Shown here: piece after piece, positions 12,559 through 26,221 of the stretch
Numbering within the stretch: the first letter of the stretch is position 1
How the letters are laid out: every line of letters starts with the position of its first letter
DNA from: Amoebidium appalachense
Taxonomy: Eukaryota; Protista; Ichthyosporea
Assembly: GCA_963693365.1 (NCBI GenBank)
Contig: CAVNZM010000014.1
Location: 248,001 to 312,000 of the forward strand
Direction: 5' to 3'
DNA length: 64,000 nt
Program-made: the position numbers and the translations under genes
The notes under the pieces: generated by a model
Database searches by the model: none
What the model saw: the letters and a program-made list of their open reading frames with translations, nothing else
What the model was told of the DNA's origin: nothing

Positions 12559-14229
12559 CGGGAGAGGGAGGAAAAAGGGGGCGGCGGCGGCGGGGTGGGT
12601 GGGGGGGGGGGGGGGGGGGGGGAGGGGGGGGGGGGGGGGCAGGATATGTGCATGTGGTGTACAGTGGATGCAGTCGTACGAGCACAGGCATGTGTGCAGG
12701 CAAACATGGGAGGAGAAAACCATCAGTTAGCACCAGAAACATGCACCCAGCATCCCAGGTGCACCCGCCGTCCAACTTCACACAACATAAATGTGTTGGC
12801 ATGCTCACATGTGCAACCATACACACGCCAATGTGTGGCCAGGAGGGGGTGGGGGGAGTGGGGTCGGTGGGTGGGTGGGTGGTGTGGGGGGGGGGGGGGG
12901 GGGGGGAGGGGAGGAGGAGGAGGAGGGGGGGGGGGGGGGGGGATGTGCAATCGAACCATGGATGTAAGATGGTTGAAACACAGCCCACAAGAAGGCACAG
13001 ACCAGATCATTTGCTTTTCCTACGTTGCACCTTTTAGGGAGTTTTAAACCCCCACAACAAAAGCGGGGACCGACAAGGCAAATGGTGGCGTGTGCAGGGG
13101 ACAGGACAAAGACAGGGTCATTGACATGCCTTGGTGGGGGCATGGAGGTGGACTGTGCACGTGCACCTGACTGGCCACGTGCACGGAGACACACGCATGT
13201 GTGCTGTACGTGGGTGTGCCCGTGTTTGTGTGTGTGCATGTTGTGTGCATGTGTGTGCTGATGCGTAAAACTTGTGTGAGTGGGTGCTTGTGTAAGTGTG
13301 CGCGCACGCACGTGCGTGTTTCGTGTGTGTGTGTATGTGTGTGTGCGTGTGTGTGCGTGTGTGTGCGTGCCGGCATAGGCCATGAACAGGTGCATGCATG
13401 TGTGTGCCGGTGTGCGTGAGTCTGTGTGCACGTGCATGTGCAGCCACCCACCCGTCCAGACCCGCCCTTGCCCATCATGCCCGTGTTGTAGCCAATCTTC
13501 GTCTGCAACACATCCTCCTGTATCTCCCCAAACTTCATGCGGTTGGCCTCCCTGTGCAGCTGGCTAGGCCCCCACTTCTCCTTCTGCCTGCGCACTCTCT
13601 TGCCTGCTCTCTTCTTGCGGATGGGGTCGTCTGGTTTGGGAAGCGGCTTGGGCTTTTTGGGGGGGGGTGGTTCCTGCGGGGAAAGGGGATGGGTAGGTGG
13701 GTGGGTGGTGGTGCTGGTGGTGCTGGGAGTGGTAGGAGAGGGGGGGGGGGGGGGGGGTGGAGGAAAGAGAGAGGCAAGGAGCCAAGGTCAAGCGGACTGA
13801 GGTGCTGGAAGGAATGATTGTGGTTGTGCCGATGTGTGCGTGTGGGTGGTGTGGGGTGTACGCGTGTGTCTGTGTCTGGTGTGTGTGCTCGAATGAATGA
13901 GCAGCCATGTGGATATGTTGGGCTCAGTTGGAGACGGATTCGAAGGGGAAGGAAGAGGGGGGGGGGGGGGGGGGGGGGGAGGGGGGGGGGGGGGGGGGCA
14001 CTAGGCAACACATGTATGCAAATTACAGACGTGGGCACAGGGGGCAGTTGAGGGGCAGCGGCGGGGGCGAGCGGAGGGGGGGAGGGGGGAGGCAGGCACA
14101 GACCAAGTGAGGCGTGTGCGAGATTAAAGCACAGGTGTAGGCATAGTCACGAACACGCCTGGCACACTCGTCATGACACAGCACATAAGGAAGGAAGACG
14201 GAAAGCAATTATTGAGCCATTGTGTGTGG

Positions 14230-14266
<37 letters not shown>

Positions 14267-14337
14267 CCTCCCTCCCTCCCTCTCTCTCTCTCTCTCCCCC
14301 TCCCTCCCTCCCTCCCTCCCTCCCTCTCCCTCTCCCT

Positions 14338-14381
<44 letters not shown>

Positions 14382-15094
14382 ATTGTGTATGTGCAGGTGA
14401 TTGTGCGTGTGTGTGTGTGCACGTGCTTGAGTGCATGGCTGTGTGTGTGTATGTGTGTGTGTGTGTGTGTGTCTGTGTCTGTCTGTCTGGCTGTGTGCAT
14501 GTCTGTGTGTGGGTCTCTATGCGTGTGTTTGTGAGTATGTTCAAGTGTATGTATGTGCGTACATGTGTGTGCCCATGCATGCGCGTGTCTGTGTACAAGT
14601 GCATGTGTCCATGTATGCATGCCTGCACCCCCCCACCTGCATCTTATCCAGCTTCTTCTCTATGTCGGCCCTAAACTCCAGCCCCAGTCTTCCGTCGGGT
14701 GCCTCGTGGCAGGCATCGACCCTTGCAGCCAGTGCACACTTTCCAGCTATCAGCCGTGCCGCCTTCTTGCGGTACTCGGGGGGCTGCTTTTGCACCGTCT
14801 CTGCACGTGCACACGTGCCTGTCAGTGCCTGTGCACGTGCACGCAGAGGCGGACGTGGTTGCTTGTGGAGACATGCTTGGCCCCCCCTCCCCCCTCCCCA
14901 CCCCCCCCGCACCCTTCCATCCCCCCAACTGTCTTTCCCATCAACCCGTTCCGCCTAAAACGAAACCCTACTGCCCACAGTCTCCTTGGAACAACCCCGT
15001 AAATATTCCGCCCCGCACTCTCCCCCAAACCCCATCCCACCCCGTCCTCCCCCAGATACAAAACGCTTACCAATAGTGAAAATGGAATTTGAAA

Positions 15095-15160
<66 letters not shown>

Positions 15161-15739
15161 TCAAAGATGGCCACGAGGTAGCGGGGGTGGTTGAAGACAG
15201 AGAAAAAAAAGCATAGACAAGTCACAGGCTGACAGAGAGAGTGTGCCAGGGAACTAGAGGAGCCACGAGGGGTGCGGTGGGGTGGGGTGGGTGGGTGGGT
15301 GTATTTCTTTTGAAGGAGGGGAGGGGGAGGGGGGGGGGGGGGGGGGGGGGAGGGGAGGCGCAGGGTGGGCAGGCCACAGTTCAGCACAAAATAAATACAA
15401 CACGTTTAGAAACATGGTGGATGGAAAGGGGGCAGTGTAGGCCGGAGAGTGCACCAATAGTAGAAAGTCAAGCAAAGAGGGAGAGACAAGGGGTGGAGAG
15501 AGGGGGGTGAGGGGGGGGAGAGGCATGGAAGGGAGGGAGAGAGAGGCCCAGAGGTGCCCGAAGACGCAGGGTGAGCTAGTGGGATGGAGGGTTAGATGAG
15601 GGAAAGAGAGAAAGAGAGAGGGAGAGAAAGGAAGAGAGGGAGTGACAGAGAGAGAGAGAGGGGGGGGGGGGGGGGGGGGGATAGAGCGAGAGGGAGAACG
15701 AAAGAGGGAGGAGAGAGAGGAGAGAGCGAGCCAAGTGTC

Positions 15740-15819
<80 letters not shown>

Positions 15820-16857
15820 ACACACATGCGGCTGCCAGCGCTTGTTCTTGTGCATATGCTTGTGTGTGTGCTGGTGTGCATAGAAGCGTGGTGAAGTTAC
15901 TACGTGTGCGTGTGTGTGTGAGCGCGCACGTGCGTGTGCGTGTGGTGGTGGCGGTGACCAGAGAGGGAAGGTGTGCGTGTATGTATGAAGGGGGGAAGGG
16001 GGGGGGGGGGGGGGGGGGGTGTACCCACCAGAGTAGAATATGAATCCCGTGTGGGGGAGAATAGCGGTGGTGGAGAAGCCAGCAAGGGCCTTCTTCTGGG
16101 CGCCAAGCACCAGCACGTTGCAAGCCGGTATCTTGCACAGGTTAATAAGCCCCCCTGCCGCCCCCATAATCTTTGCCGCCGTGGATGCCCCACACACACA
16201 GGTGAGGTTGGGGGCAATAAACGACATACGACTCTCAACATACTGGAGCACCTTGGTCTTTGCCTCCATCAACTGCGTTGCCATGTCACATGCCTCCATA
16301 ACCCTCTCCAATTCCTCCTCTGATAGCACTGTTCCTTGTGTTGTTGACGCTGTCACCGTTACTACCATCACAGCTGCCGCCGGAAGGATGCTTGCCAAAT
16401 CCAGCTTGGTAACGTCCATGTCATTTCCAATCATGTGCACGGCACGGATGTAGTCGTAGGGTACCGGGACGAGCTGCTCGAGCTCAGGGAACCGTTTAGA
16501 GTATCTGTCGCGCACGAATTTGTGCAGAACGTTAATCTCTCCATCTATGTCCACAGCAAGTGCGTTGGACTTGACTATCAGTTTGTATTCTGGGTCCTCC
16601 TCTACCGGGCCATACAGGGTGCCCCTCTGCGAGCCCATGTGCTCGTCTATCCCCTTTAGTGTCTCTGTGAGTTCGCTGCTATGCAATAACTTGGCCACCT
16701 GTCGTGCACTGTCACCCATGGCCCCCGCCTCATCCAAATCCATAAGTCCATCCTCGAGGGAAAACTCCCCTCCCTCCTGCTCCTCTCCCTCATTCTCCCC
16801 CACCTCTTCATCATCTAGGTCGTCTAGATCTGCTAGAAGCTCGTCGGCTAGCGACAT
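12084..16857 (-). CDS. PRPF31: U4/U6 snRNP protein Prp31 (4 coding exons)
   Basis: Exons 16857-16029, 14800-14637, 13673-13452, 12351-12084, all GT-AG and phase-compatible. Motifs [14 protein letters not shown] domain ([23 protein letters not shown]), [22 protein letters not shown]. One extra C at ~12189-12192 is probably a homopolymer error. Confidence 0.96.
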
Positions 16858-17239
16858 GGTGACTTTGTAGGCCTAACGCCCTATGAACTAGGCTAGCTAA
16901 GGTGTACTTGGGAAAGGAACGAAACTTTTACTTCCGAATTAACAAGTCTGAGTAGCCGAGCGAGAGACACCCGCCGAGGTTTTACCAACAAAAAACGAAT
17001 TCCCCCTAATTTACAGAATTGCGCTACCTTAAATTTTGTGAAAATACAACTCATGAAACTCTTGGACAATAAGAAGGCATTGTGTGTTAAATCCGGTCGC
17101 TTTTTGAAAAAGTCATTGGTACCCCCTAGCAAACTATTACGTAACCTCTCCTGCCCTGGCGCGGGTACACACGTGAGTCAAAAGGGAAAGCGTGAGGGGA
17201 GAGGGTCAATGTTCTGACACCGGGGGGTAGGGAGGGAGG

Positions 17240-19748
17240 ATGGATCATTATGCGGTGTTGGGCGTCGCAGTAGGCGCAGACGCAGAAACAATAAAGAGGG
17301 CGTACCAGAGGCTGGCTTTGCAGGTGTGTGCGTGTGTCCGTGTGAGTGCTTGTGCGCGCGTGTGCCCTGTGTTGCTGTACATGTGTGTTTGGACATTCGT
17401 GCCTGTGTGCTTGTGCTTGTGAGTGTGTGCATGTGCACATGCGGGCGTGTATGTCTGACTGTGCGATTTTGCTAGTGTGCGTGTGCCCCGGTGTGCGCGT
17501 GTATGTGTGTGTGTGTGGGTGGGTGGGTGTGTGGGTGAGAATATTTGTAGTGGTGGTGACGGTAACTTGGTTGCGGCAGTCAGGGTAGGAGAAGGGGGGA
17601 GGGGGGAGGAGGTGGGATTCTTAGGCAGGGCTATCGTAATTTTTCCTAATGTTTTGCGGGTGTTCTGGGGTTGTTTCAGCATTCCAACCAGTTTCAGATC
17701 TTTACGTGAACATGTCCCAAGTCGTCTCTGCAGAGATGTAGAGCACTGTTGCAGGGTGAAGGGAAACGGATGATTGTGTAAGCAGGAAAGAAAGAGAGAG
17801 AGAAAGATTAGAGGATTCTTAGGGCCTGCCAGACGGCACTTACTACAGATAGATCTTTCAGGCCGGCAGCCTAGGGCTCCTTCGTAATGGTCACTCGCTA
17901 CCCTTCCCTCCTTCACCTTCCCCGTCTCTGTAACACACACGCCTAAAGAGGCCCGCGTGCCTCACGTGCACACGCGTGCACACACTCATACACAAACATT
18001 TACACACGCAAACACACGCATGTACACACACCACACCTCCTGCGAATTGCAGACTGCTGATGACAATATGCACCGATGTACACTCTGTGAATGATCTTTT
18101 ATTCTGCATAAGCAGTCGGACTAGAAATGGATAATCACACACAAAGGCTCACCCAGAGATTCATGCAGCACCACCCAGACAAAATCGTGCATGGCCAAGG
18201 GGATGTCGAGGTGTTTCAGCGCATACAGGTAGGATGGAGTCGGGGGGGGGGGGGGGGAAGGGGGGGAGGAGGGGAGAGGGAGAAGGGAGTTGGAATACCG
18301 GAGGTTGGGGTGGTGGGATGGGGCAGTTATAGAATCTACACAAATAGGTGAAGGGGGGGGGGGGGGGGGGAGGGTGTTGTTGGGGAGGGAGGGGGAGAGG
18401 TACAAAGGCCAGTTAAGCACGGTTGTTCATGGCTCCCTGGTTTTTTCTGAACCCTTTACATGGTTGACCTGACCACATTCCTTAATCACACACATCTGTG
18501 CATTCTCTCCCCCACAGGCTGCCTATGACGTGTTGAAGGATCCCCACACCCGTACCATCTATGACAACACCCTAAAGAGTATGCAAGGATCCTCCCCCCC
18601 CCCCCCCCCAAAAAAAAAAAAGAAAAATGCGACAGGCCATCGTGATACTACTCTAGGTTTGAGGATGGGCTCTGACGTGCTACAAATGTTCCCTATGACG
18701 CGGCAGACCCTATATTATATTTCTCATAATGGTTTTCCCGTGTGTCTGACTGAAAGTAGAGGCAGTATGGGGGAGGAAGGGTTGTGCCTTGGTGGGTGGC
18801 TGGTGTGGTGTAGGGCGTGACAGAGAAGGGATAGAGCACCATTGCAACATACAGTTCTGGTTTACATGGGTGGGAATGGGAAAGGCCGGGGTGGGCTGTG
18901 TGTGCGTATGTGTGTGTGCGGGCGGGCGGGCAAGCAGGCGGGCGGGGCGGGTGGGCGGGCGGGCGGGCGGGCAGGCGGGCGCGTGTGTGTGGTGTGCGGG
19001 GGAGGGGAGCTGTTTTTTTTTTCTTTTTTCTTTTTCTCTTTTTTTGTGGTGGTGAGGGGGGGAGGGGGGGGGGAGGGGGCAAGGGAAAGATAGTGAGAGA
19101 GGGTCGGAGAGCTGGCACATTGGGGTTTCAAGAGAAGAGGGGAAAGGACAAAAACTAGCATGTTGATATTTGGCGATATCTGACTTGTGTTGGCGCAGAT
19201 GGGCTGATGAGGGTGGAGCATCCACAGAACGGAGATGTGGACTTGGACGATATGGAGTATAGCGAAGGTGGGTGCCTTGTGCACGTGCACATGTTGCATT
19301 ATAGGTGAATGGATGCACACACACCGGGCGCACACCCCACATACACTCCCCTCTCACACATCGTGATCCCCCCCCTCCCCCTCCCACCCTTGCCCCGCTT
19401 CCTTGTCGTCTACAGTGCTTGCACCGTCTTTCTGCACCAATCGGTGCAAGGCAGGTCTATGGGTTGCGATTGGCTGGCGGTTTGACTCTAACAGTCAATT
19501 TCTGAGCGGAGCAAACGATTCCTGTATAGATTTTCCATTACCGGCCAATAATATGACTGCAAAAAGCTGATTGGTGTAGAAAGGGGGTGCAAGCACTGTA
19601 ATTTGCACTCTTTCCCGTGTCCCCAGCTGTGGATGATTTTGGCCCTCTCGAGGATGAACTTTGCTTCTTGTGCATGCTCGTTACGTGTGGTTTGCAATAT
19701 GCATTGTGTTGTCGGTCGTGAATGTGTACTAAGTACTGTTACACCTAA

Positions 19749-19787
<39 letters not shown>

Positions 19788-20300
19788 TTCCCCTCACTAT
19801 CCTTTCACCTGCCTATTACCAACCCACACGTGCACACAATCTCCCCCCATATCATCCCATTTATTCAAAACATCTACACGAGAAACATACCCCCCCCCCC
19901 CCCTTCACCCCATGTACCCACACCTGTTAACACGCTGCCTGCAGACCAGCAGGCCTACACGTACCCGTGCCGCTGTGGGGGGGTGTATGTGGTGACGGAG
20001 CAGCAGCTGGAGTCGGGCTGTGACGTGGCACCGTGCAGCATGTGCTCTCTGGCCGTCAGGGTGCTCTATGGCGTGGTGGGTGCTGCAGGCTGCCTGTGCA
20101 CATGTGATATGCACGTGTGCACACACACATACGAACACAGATTATTTGGCCACCCACATACACACTCACTTGAAAACACGGTTCATACATTTCGGAAAAC
20201 AAAGAGTGCACATGCCGGAGGGCGCATGCATGCATCCACGACATAGGCACATGAATAAACTGTATGCACACAAACACGTGTGCGCGCTCGCGCGTGCGCG

Positions 20301-20331
<31 letters not shown>

Positions 20332-20713
20332 ATTACATGGACACACACACACATTACATGGACACACACACACATTACACGGACACAGAATGCAAGGGGC
20401 TGAAACAGATCCAGCGTGCAATAGAAGGATTCATAGGAAGACACCGATGCGTGGAGGGAGCAGGCATACTGCACGCCCCGGGGGGGGGGGGGGGGGGGGG
20501 GTGGGGGGGGGGGGCGAGGAGGGGGGGCTCTTGCAACCACAAACGATGCAGTATTTCCACATGTGTTGGTGTTGTACCTGTTCATCATCCCCCCCCCCCC
20601 CCCCCCCCCTCCCCCCATCTACACACAGACCCCCCCCCCCCCCCCCCCCTCCCCCGACACACAGACACACACGCACGCACGCACGCACACACGCGCACAC
20701 ACACACACGCACG

Positions 20714-20747
<34 letters not shown>

Positions 20748-20836
20748 AAACAGAAAACAAACAGGAAAAAAAGCACACAGCAACCTGAGTTCAATGGCAC
20801 TGGTTCTGACTCTGTGCCTTGCAGGATGACAGCTGA
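17240..20836 (+). CDS. DPH4: Diphthamide biosynthesis J-protein (J domain plus CSL zinc finger; DNAJC24/Dph4)
   Basis: Exons 17240-17323, 18169-18228, 18518-18578, 19199-19267, 19945-20075, 20825-20836 (last exon inferred). Motifs DHYAVLGV, HPDK, AYDVLKDP, DVDLDDM, YPCRCGG...CSMCSL. Confidence 0.92.
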
Positions 20837-21652
20837 CGTCATCAATGGTGGGGAGAGACGCTGCCTGACTCTCGGTTTGTTTGGAGAGTGATGTGTTGGG
20901 TCGTATCGTGGTGTGGGCGGTGATGGGGGCTGGTATTGTGTGGTATGCATGTGTGCAGGTGTGTGCGTGTGCATTGTGTTCGTGTATGTGCGTGTGTGTG
21001 CGCGCACGTGTGTTCTGGTGTGCTTGTTTTGATACGGGCCAAAGGGGAGGGGGATGGGAGGGAGGTGGGGGGGATACTAGATGTCAGGAATGAATGGATA
21101 GCCCATTAATTTGCAATATAGTACGTGTCATTTGAATTGTAAACGAATGGATAACATCATCTGCTCAAAGTTAAGCTAGGTTTAAATGTACGCGTATCCC
21201 GGCATGAACAGGGATATTATTCTAGAGTGGTAGCCTTTAATAACCTGTAAGTGCCTTTTGGGAAGGAGTTGCTAGTTACTATAATGATTGTTATGTGTAT
21301 CTCGAAATGAATATCCAAGAATATTATTTAGCATGCACCCTCCTTGCAGCCATTAATGGCTGGCCAAGAATGTGTCTGGCCAGCTGCTCAACTACCCTCA
21401 TATAATAAATGCTGGTCGGCCTCTAACTTGCTGGCCGCGTGATGTTTCCAAATAATCTGTTTTGTCGGCGTCACAGATGCGCTCCCTCGAGGACGTAAGG
21501 GCATGCACCATGGATCGACGCGCACACCACACAAACACGACACACGTGCACAAGCACAAACAGGTGCAGTAGTTGCTCGCAGATCCAGCGTGCAATAGAA
21601 CCAATCATAGACACCCTGATACGTACGTAAAGGGAACAGGCACAAGGTGTGT

Positions 21653-21694
<42 letters not shown>

Positions 21695-21985
21695 AACCGT
21701 GAAGAAACTAGCGAATACTAAATGAATATAGGACGGGGTGGAAGCTGATTCAGATGGCCAGAGAAACGAGCGGAATGGTGTTCGAGGTGGTGGGGGGAGG
21801 GGGGAGGGGGCCCGGGGGAGGGGGCGCCTGCAACATTAGCCACGGCACAAATGATGCAGTAGGTCCGCATGTATTGGTGTTGTGTCTGTTCCATCGTCCC
21901 TCCCCCCCCCCCCCCCCCCCCCCCCTCCCCCCCCCCTCACCTAGACGTGCACACAATTGCAAGCATACACGTGCGTGCGTGCGTG

Positions 21986-22025
<40 letters not shown>

Positions 22026-22362
22026 CACACACATACACACGCACGTACGCACGCACACCCACACCCACACCCACACCCACACACACACACAAACAGACAC
22101 ATGGCTCTGACGCTGTGCCCTGCAGGTTGACAGCTGAAGCTGACATAAACGCTGTGAAGACATGATTCTTAGTTGTGAAGAGATGATTCCAAGTTTGTTC
22201 GTAGAGGGGTGTGGGGGGATGCTCTAGTGGCGTTGAATGTTGTCGTAGTGTGGGCTGTGATGGAGGTTGGGGTGTACGTGTGTGTGGTGGTGGTGGTGGT
22301 GGTGGTGGGGGGGGGAGGGAGACGGGGGGGAGGGGGGGGGGGGGGGACGGGAGGGCCGTGCA

Positions 22363-22425
<63 letters not shown>

Positions 22426-23074
22426 GCGTGTGCGTGTGTGTGTGCGCGCGCGCGCGCGCGCGCGTGTGTGTGTATGTGTGTGTGTGCGCGCGCGTGTGTG
22501 TGTACTACTACTAGGCGTGTGTGCGTGTCACTGTGTGTGCGTGTGTGCATATGAAAGGCCGTGTGGGGGGGGAGAATTGGAGAGAACGGAATGAGGGTGA
22601 TTGGGAAAATGCGGCGCCGTAGTGCCATAAGCGCGTACTTGCCCATGAATGTCTGTCTGCATTAGTAGTAAGGGCTAGGAGACCATGTTTCGGCCCAAGC
22701 TTGGGCCGGGGGTAACGTTAGTCCTCGGGCGTAAAAAGGCGCAGCTGCGACCAAGGCCTTGTTCACCCGGCAAAGCTCAAGTCACTGTAGGTTTAGTCAA
22801 GTTATTTACCGTCACGATTTCATCGATTGTTTCGATTCGATAAAGTTTGCATCATCAGCTTCTTCTATGTCGGGAAAACCTACACGAGAAACGCTCGTGC
22901 GCAGCCGACAACAAAAAGTAAAAAGCAAAAAACTGTTCACCGTTTCTACACTGTCCTGTTTGGAACCATCAGCCCCTCTCCATAACTAGCCTTTGGGGCC
23001 ATATCCCTTCTTCTATTCCATTTTTTTCCCCCTCAAGACCAACACACCCACTTTATGGAGTGTCTCCATCTTCC

Positions 23075-23225
23075 ATGATGGCCAACAGCACTACCGAACC
23101 GAGTGCAGGTAAGGTGGTGAATGCAAACACCGGGCTGAACAGGTGTGTCTGCACTCCATCCTCAGCAAGCTCCTGTTGCTTTCTCTTCATGCTTTTCTTT
23201 TTTCAAGTTATCATGGAGGAGGGAT

Positions 23226-23295
<70 letters not shown>

Positions 23296-23388
23296 CATGG
23301 GCAAGTGTGTGGTGGTAGTGGTGGTGACGGTGGTGGTTGTGTGTCTTGTGTATGTTGGGGTAGGGAGTGGGGGGGGGGGGGGGGTGGT

Positions 23389-23419
<31 letters not shown>

Positions 23420-25477
23420 GAGAGAGAGAAAGAAAGCTACAGCTTGTGATGGGGTGTGAAGCAACTGCCCTTTGTTTACTTTTTTGTCAAGATTGCCCCC
23501 CCCCCCCCCCCCCCTCCCCCCCCCCAGCCTCCTTTTTTGGGTGGGTAGATTGGGTGCGGGTTTAGGGGTGGTGATGGTGGTGGTGGTTCGGGGGGGGAGA
23601 GGAGGGGGGGGGGGGGGGGGGGGGGGGGGAGGGAAAGGGGGAGGGCTGCCTGTGGGTATTGGCTATATGGTAAGCTGTATGGGCATGTCACATTTGCGCC
23701 CAGTACAGACACTACAGTTGCTTGCATAGCACCATGGTTGTTACTAACCTTTGCCTTTTCACCGGACTTACAGCTATCATCTGCCACCCAGGGGCAACCA
23801 CGATGCTGCAGAAGAAAAACCGGTGCAGAAACAGAGCAATGACCCACCAGATACCGTCAGACTGAACGTACGCGGCCATATGTTTGAAACAACGAGGGAT
23901 ACACTGTGCACGTTTCCAGACTCCATGTTGGCTGCATGGTTCAGCGGCCGCCATGCAATGCAAACAGCCGAGGACGGATCGGGTTTTTGTCAACTGCGAC
24001 CCAGAGATGTTCCCCCATGTGCTCGACTACCTTAACGCAAAGGGTGTGTATTGGAAACATCCGACGGACAAGAATGAGTTTATGCGTTTACACGATGTTT
24101 TTGACTATTTGTGCCTGCCGTGGCTGCGCCTTATTCCAAAACACACGTTCAGGAAAACAACAGTCGCAGATACGATTTTCCAAGAGCAGAATCATGTCGT
24201 GTTGGATTGCCAAGAGGCAGATTCCTCCTTCCAACTTGCCGACAATCGAAGATTGGAGGGAAATATCGAGCTATGTGCCTTCGGCTACCGCCTGATTGCA
24301 CATGGGCGTGAGTCTGTGCAGTTATGGGATACGGTGGAGGGAATCATGGTCTGTGCATGGCCACGTAAGGGGGGGAAGTATGGAGACTTGTCGTGTGTGG
24401 ACGGGAGGGGAAAGGACGGGCTGTATCCGTGTGTGTGTGCCTGCTACTCATTCGGTACGGTGATGGATGAGTCGGACACCAGCGGAAACACGGAGGGAAA
24501 GGGTTCCACTGTTGTTATTTACGATGCGGCGGACGGATCGGTTGTGAACGCGTTTCGGTTGCCAAAACATCGCGTGGGGCCTGGCATGCGGGGGGTCTCG
24601 GTTGACAAGGACACGTTTGTTGTGATTGCACGAAGCAATCAACCACCATATTGGGGCAGTGAGTTGATGGCTTTTCGGGTGGGGCACGGGCAGGCAAGTG
24701 ATGGGTGCTTCTACACACCCCTCTGGATTCACCGTGCACCTGTAGGGGAGACACACTTGCGTGTGGGTGTAGGTGCAGATCCGAGCACTTCAATCGTGTA
24801 TACGTTCAGTGGGTCGGAGATAGATGCAGTTGATGTTGGAAGTGGGCGCACACTCTTCCACATTGAATCAGAAAGGGAAATCTTGTTACGAGGGATTTCG
24901 CGGTGGGAGCCCAGACATCACAGATAGCGACAGCGAAGGGGAAAGAAGTAAACCTCGAAGACTCATGGCGGTTTGCACTGACAAGGGATCGGTCCATGCG
25001 ATTGGGAACGAGGATGTTGCGCTCGGTTTGGACAAGAAAGGTGTAAGGGTTTACCTTGAGTTGAACAATTGGGGTTGTGAAGCGGCCACTGCCAGCAAGT
25101 TGCCTCAGTTGGATAAGGGGGTGGATGCTGTTAAAGAAACGGCGGATGGGACCGAGGGTTATAGTTTTAATAATCGCACGCGTGATGAGGACGTATACAG
25201 GCACGGGTACTGTCTGGACTTTGACGGGCCAGACACGTTGGTTTCCTGTTCGAGTGTTGGAGTGCAGATCTTTAAGATTGTGCCCATAAGAGGTGATTTC
25301 AAGGGTGGGGTTAGCCTGGGTGAGGTGATCACGACCGATTTGCAGATTAATAGCGAGTGGTGGGTGGGGAATAGTATGAGCTGTTGTTGTGGGGTGTTGG
25401 CGGTGTCGGGCAGAGATGCAAAGATTCACGTGTGGAGCCCAGTACCCCGCGAGACGAGGGAATGCATAATCATCTAG
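23075..25477 (+). CDS. BTB/POZ (KCTD/T1-type) domain protein with a probable C-terminal beta-propeller; two apparent frameshifts, 5' exon uncertain
   Basis: VRLNVRGHMFETTRDTLCTFPDSMLAAWFSGR...FVNCDPEMFPHVLDYL is a KCTD-type BTB domain. WD-like ends VQLWDT and SGRDAKIHVWS. Frameshifts near 23981 and ~24870-24900. Putative first exon 23075-23108 (ATG...G|GTAAG) with a phase-compatible acceptor at 23812. Confidence 0.75.
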
Positions 25478-26179
25478 TTATCTATTATTGTGTGGGCCTA
25501 ATATAGTATGTAGTCTTTGATGCAACATTTTGTTTGTGTTTGGCTATTAAATAATATGAATTATGTAGCTGATCATGTTGATGATAGGTTGGTTGTGTGG
25601 CCTGTGTTGTGGTGTTTTGTTGGACTGAAACGGCATGTAACACCTAAACCCAATGGTATTCTGATGTATCCAGTCGGTGTACACTTTTTTTTTTTTTTTT
25701 TTACTTCTCCCCCCCCCCCCCCCCCCCCCCCCCCCGAGTACTTTAGGTGGGTGGGTGGGTAGGCAGCAGGGCACAAACACAATATGTTGTCGGACATGTG
25801 CATAATATACTCGATTGTAGATAATCATGAACAGATGTACTGTTTTACACAGGACCTCGTATCACGGCGCGAGAGGGGGCCCTACGTATGTATTCATCCA
25901 AGACAAGGCAGCCTGATGTAAATAGCATAAATTTTTAAAAACCGGTACCTTTAAGTAGTATTTTCCAAGTGATGTGAAAATGCAAATGAAAGTTGTGTTT
26001 GATAAACTTCACTTACTTCAACGACACTAGTACTTACTTCAACGACGATATTGTCGACGACAACGTGACGTTCAACCCCCCCCCAAACAACCCACCCAAC
26101 CCACCCACCCACCCATTCAATTACCGGCCGCACACGCACACACGTACATGTACCTACATGTCGGCCACATACGCGTACA

Positions 26180-26221
<42 letters not shown>

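Noticed and set aside
19416-19455. Alternative DPH4 exon candidate after tacag
   Set aside because: The exon at 19199-19267 supplies the conserved DLDDM motif in the correct phase, and this one has no similarity.
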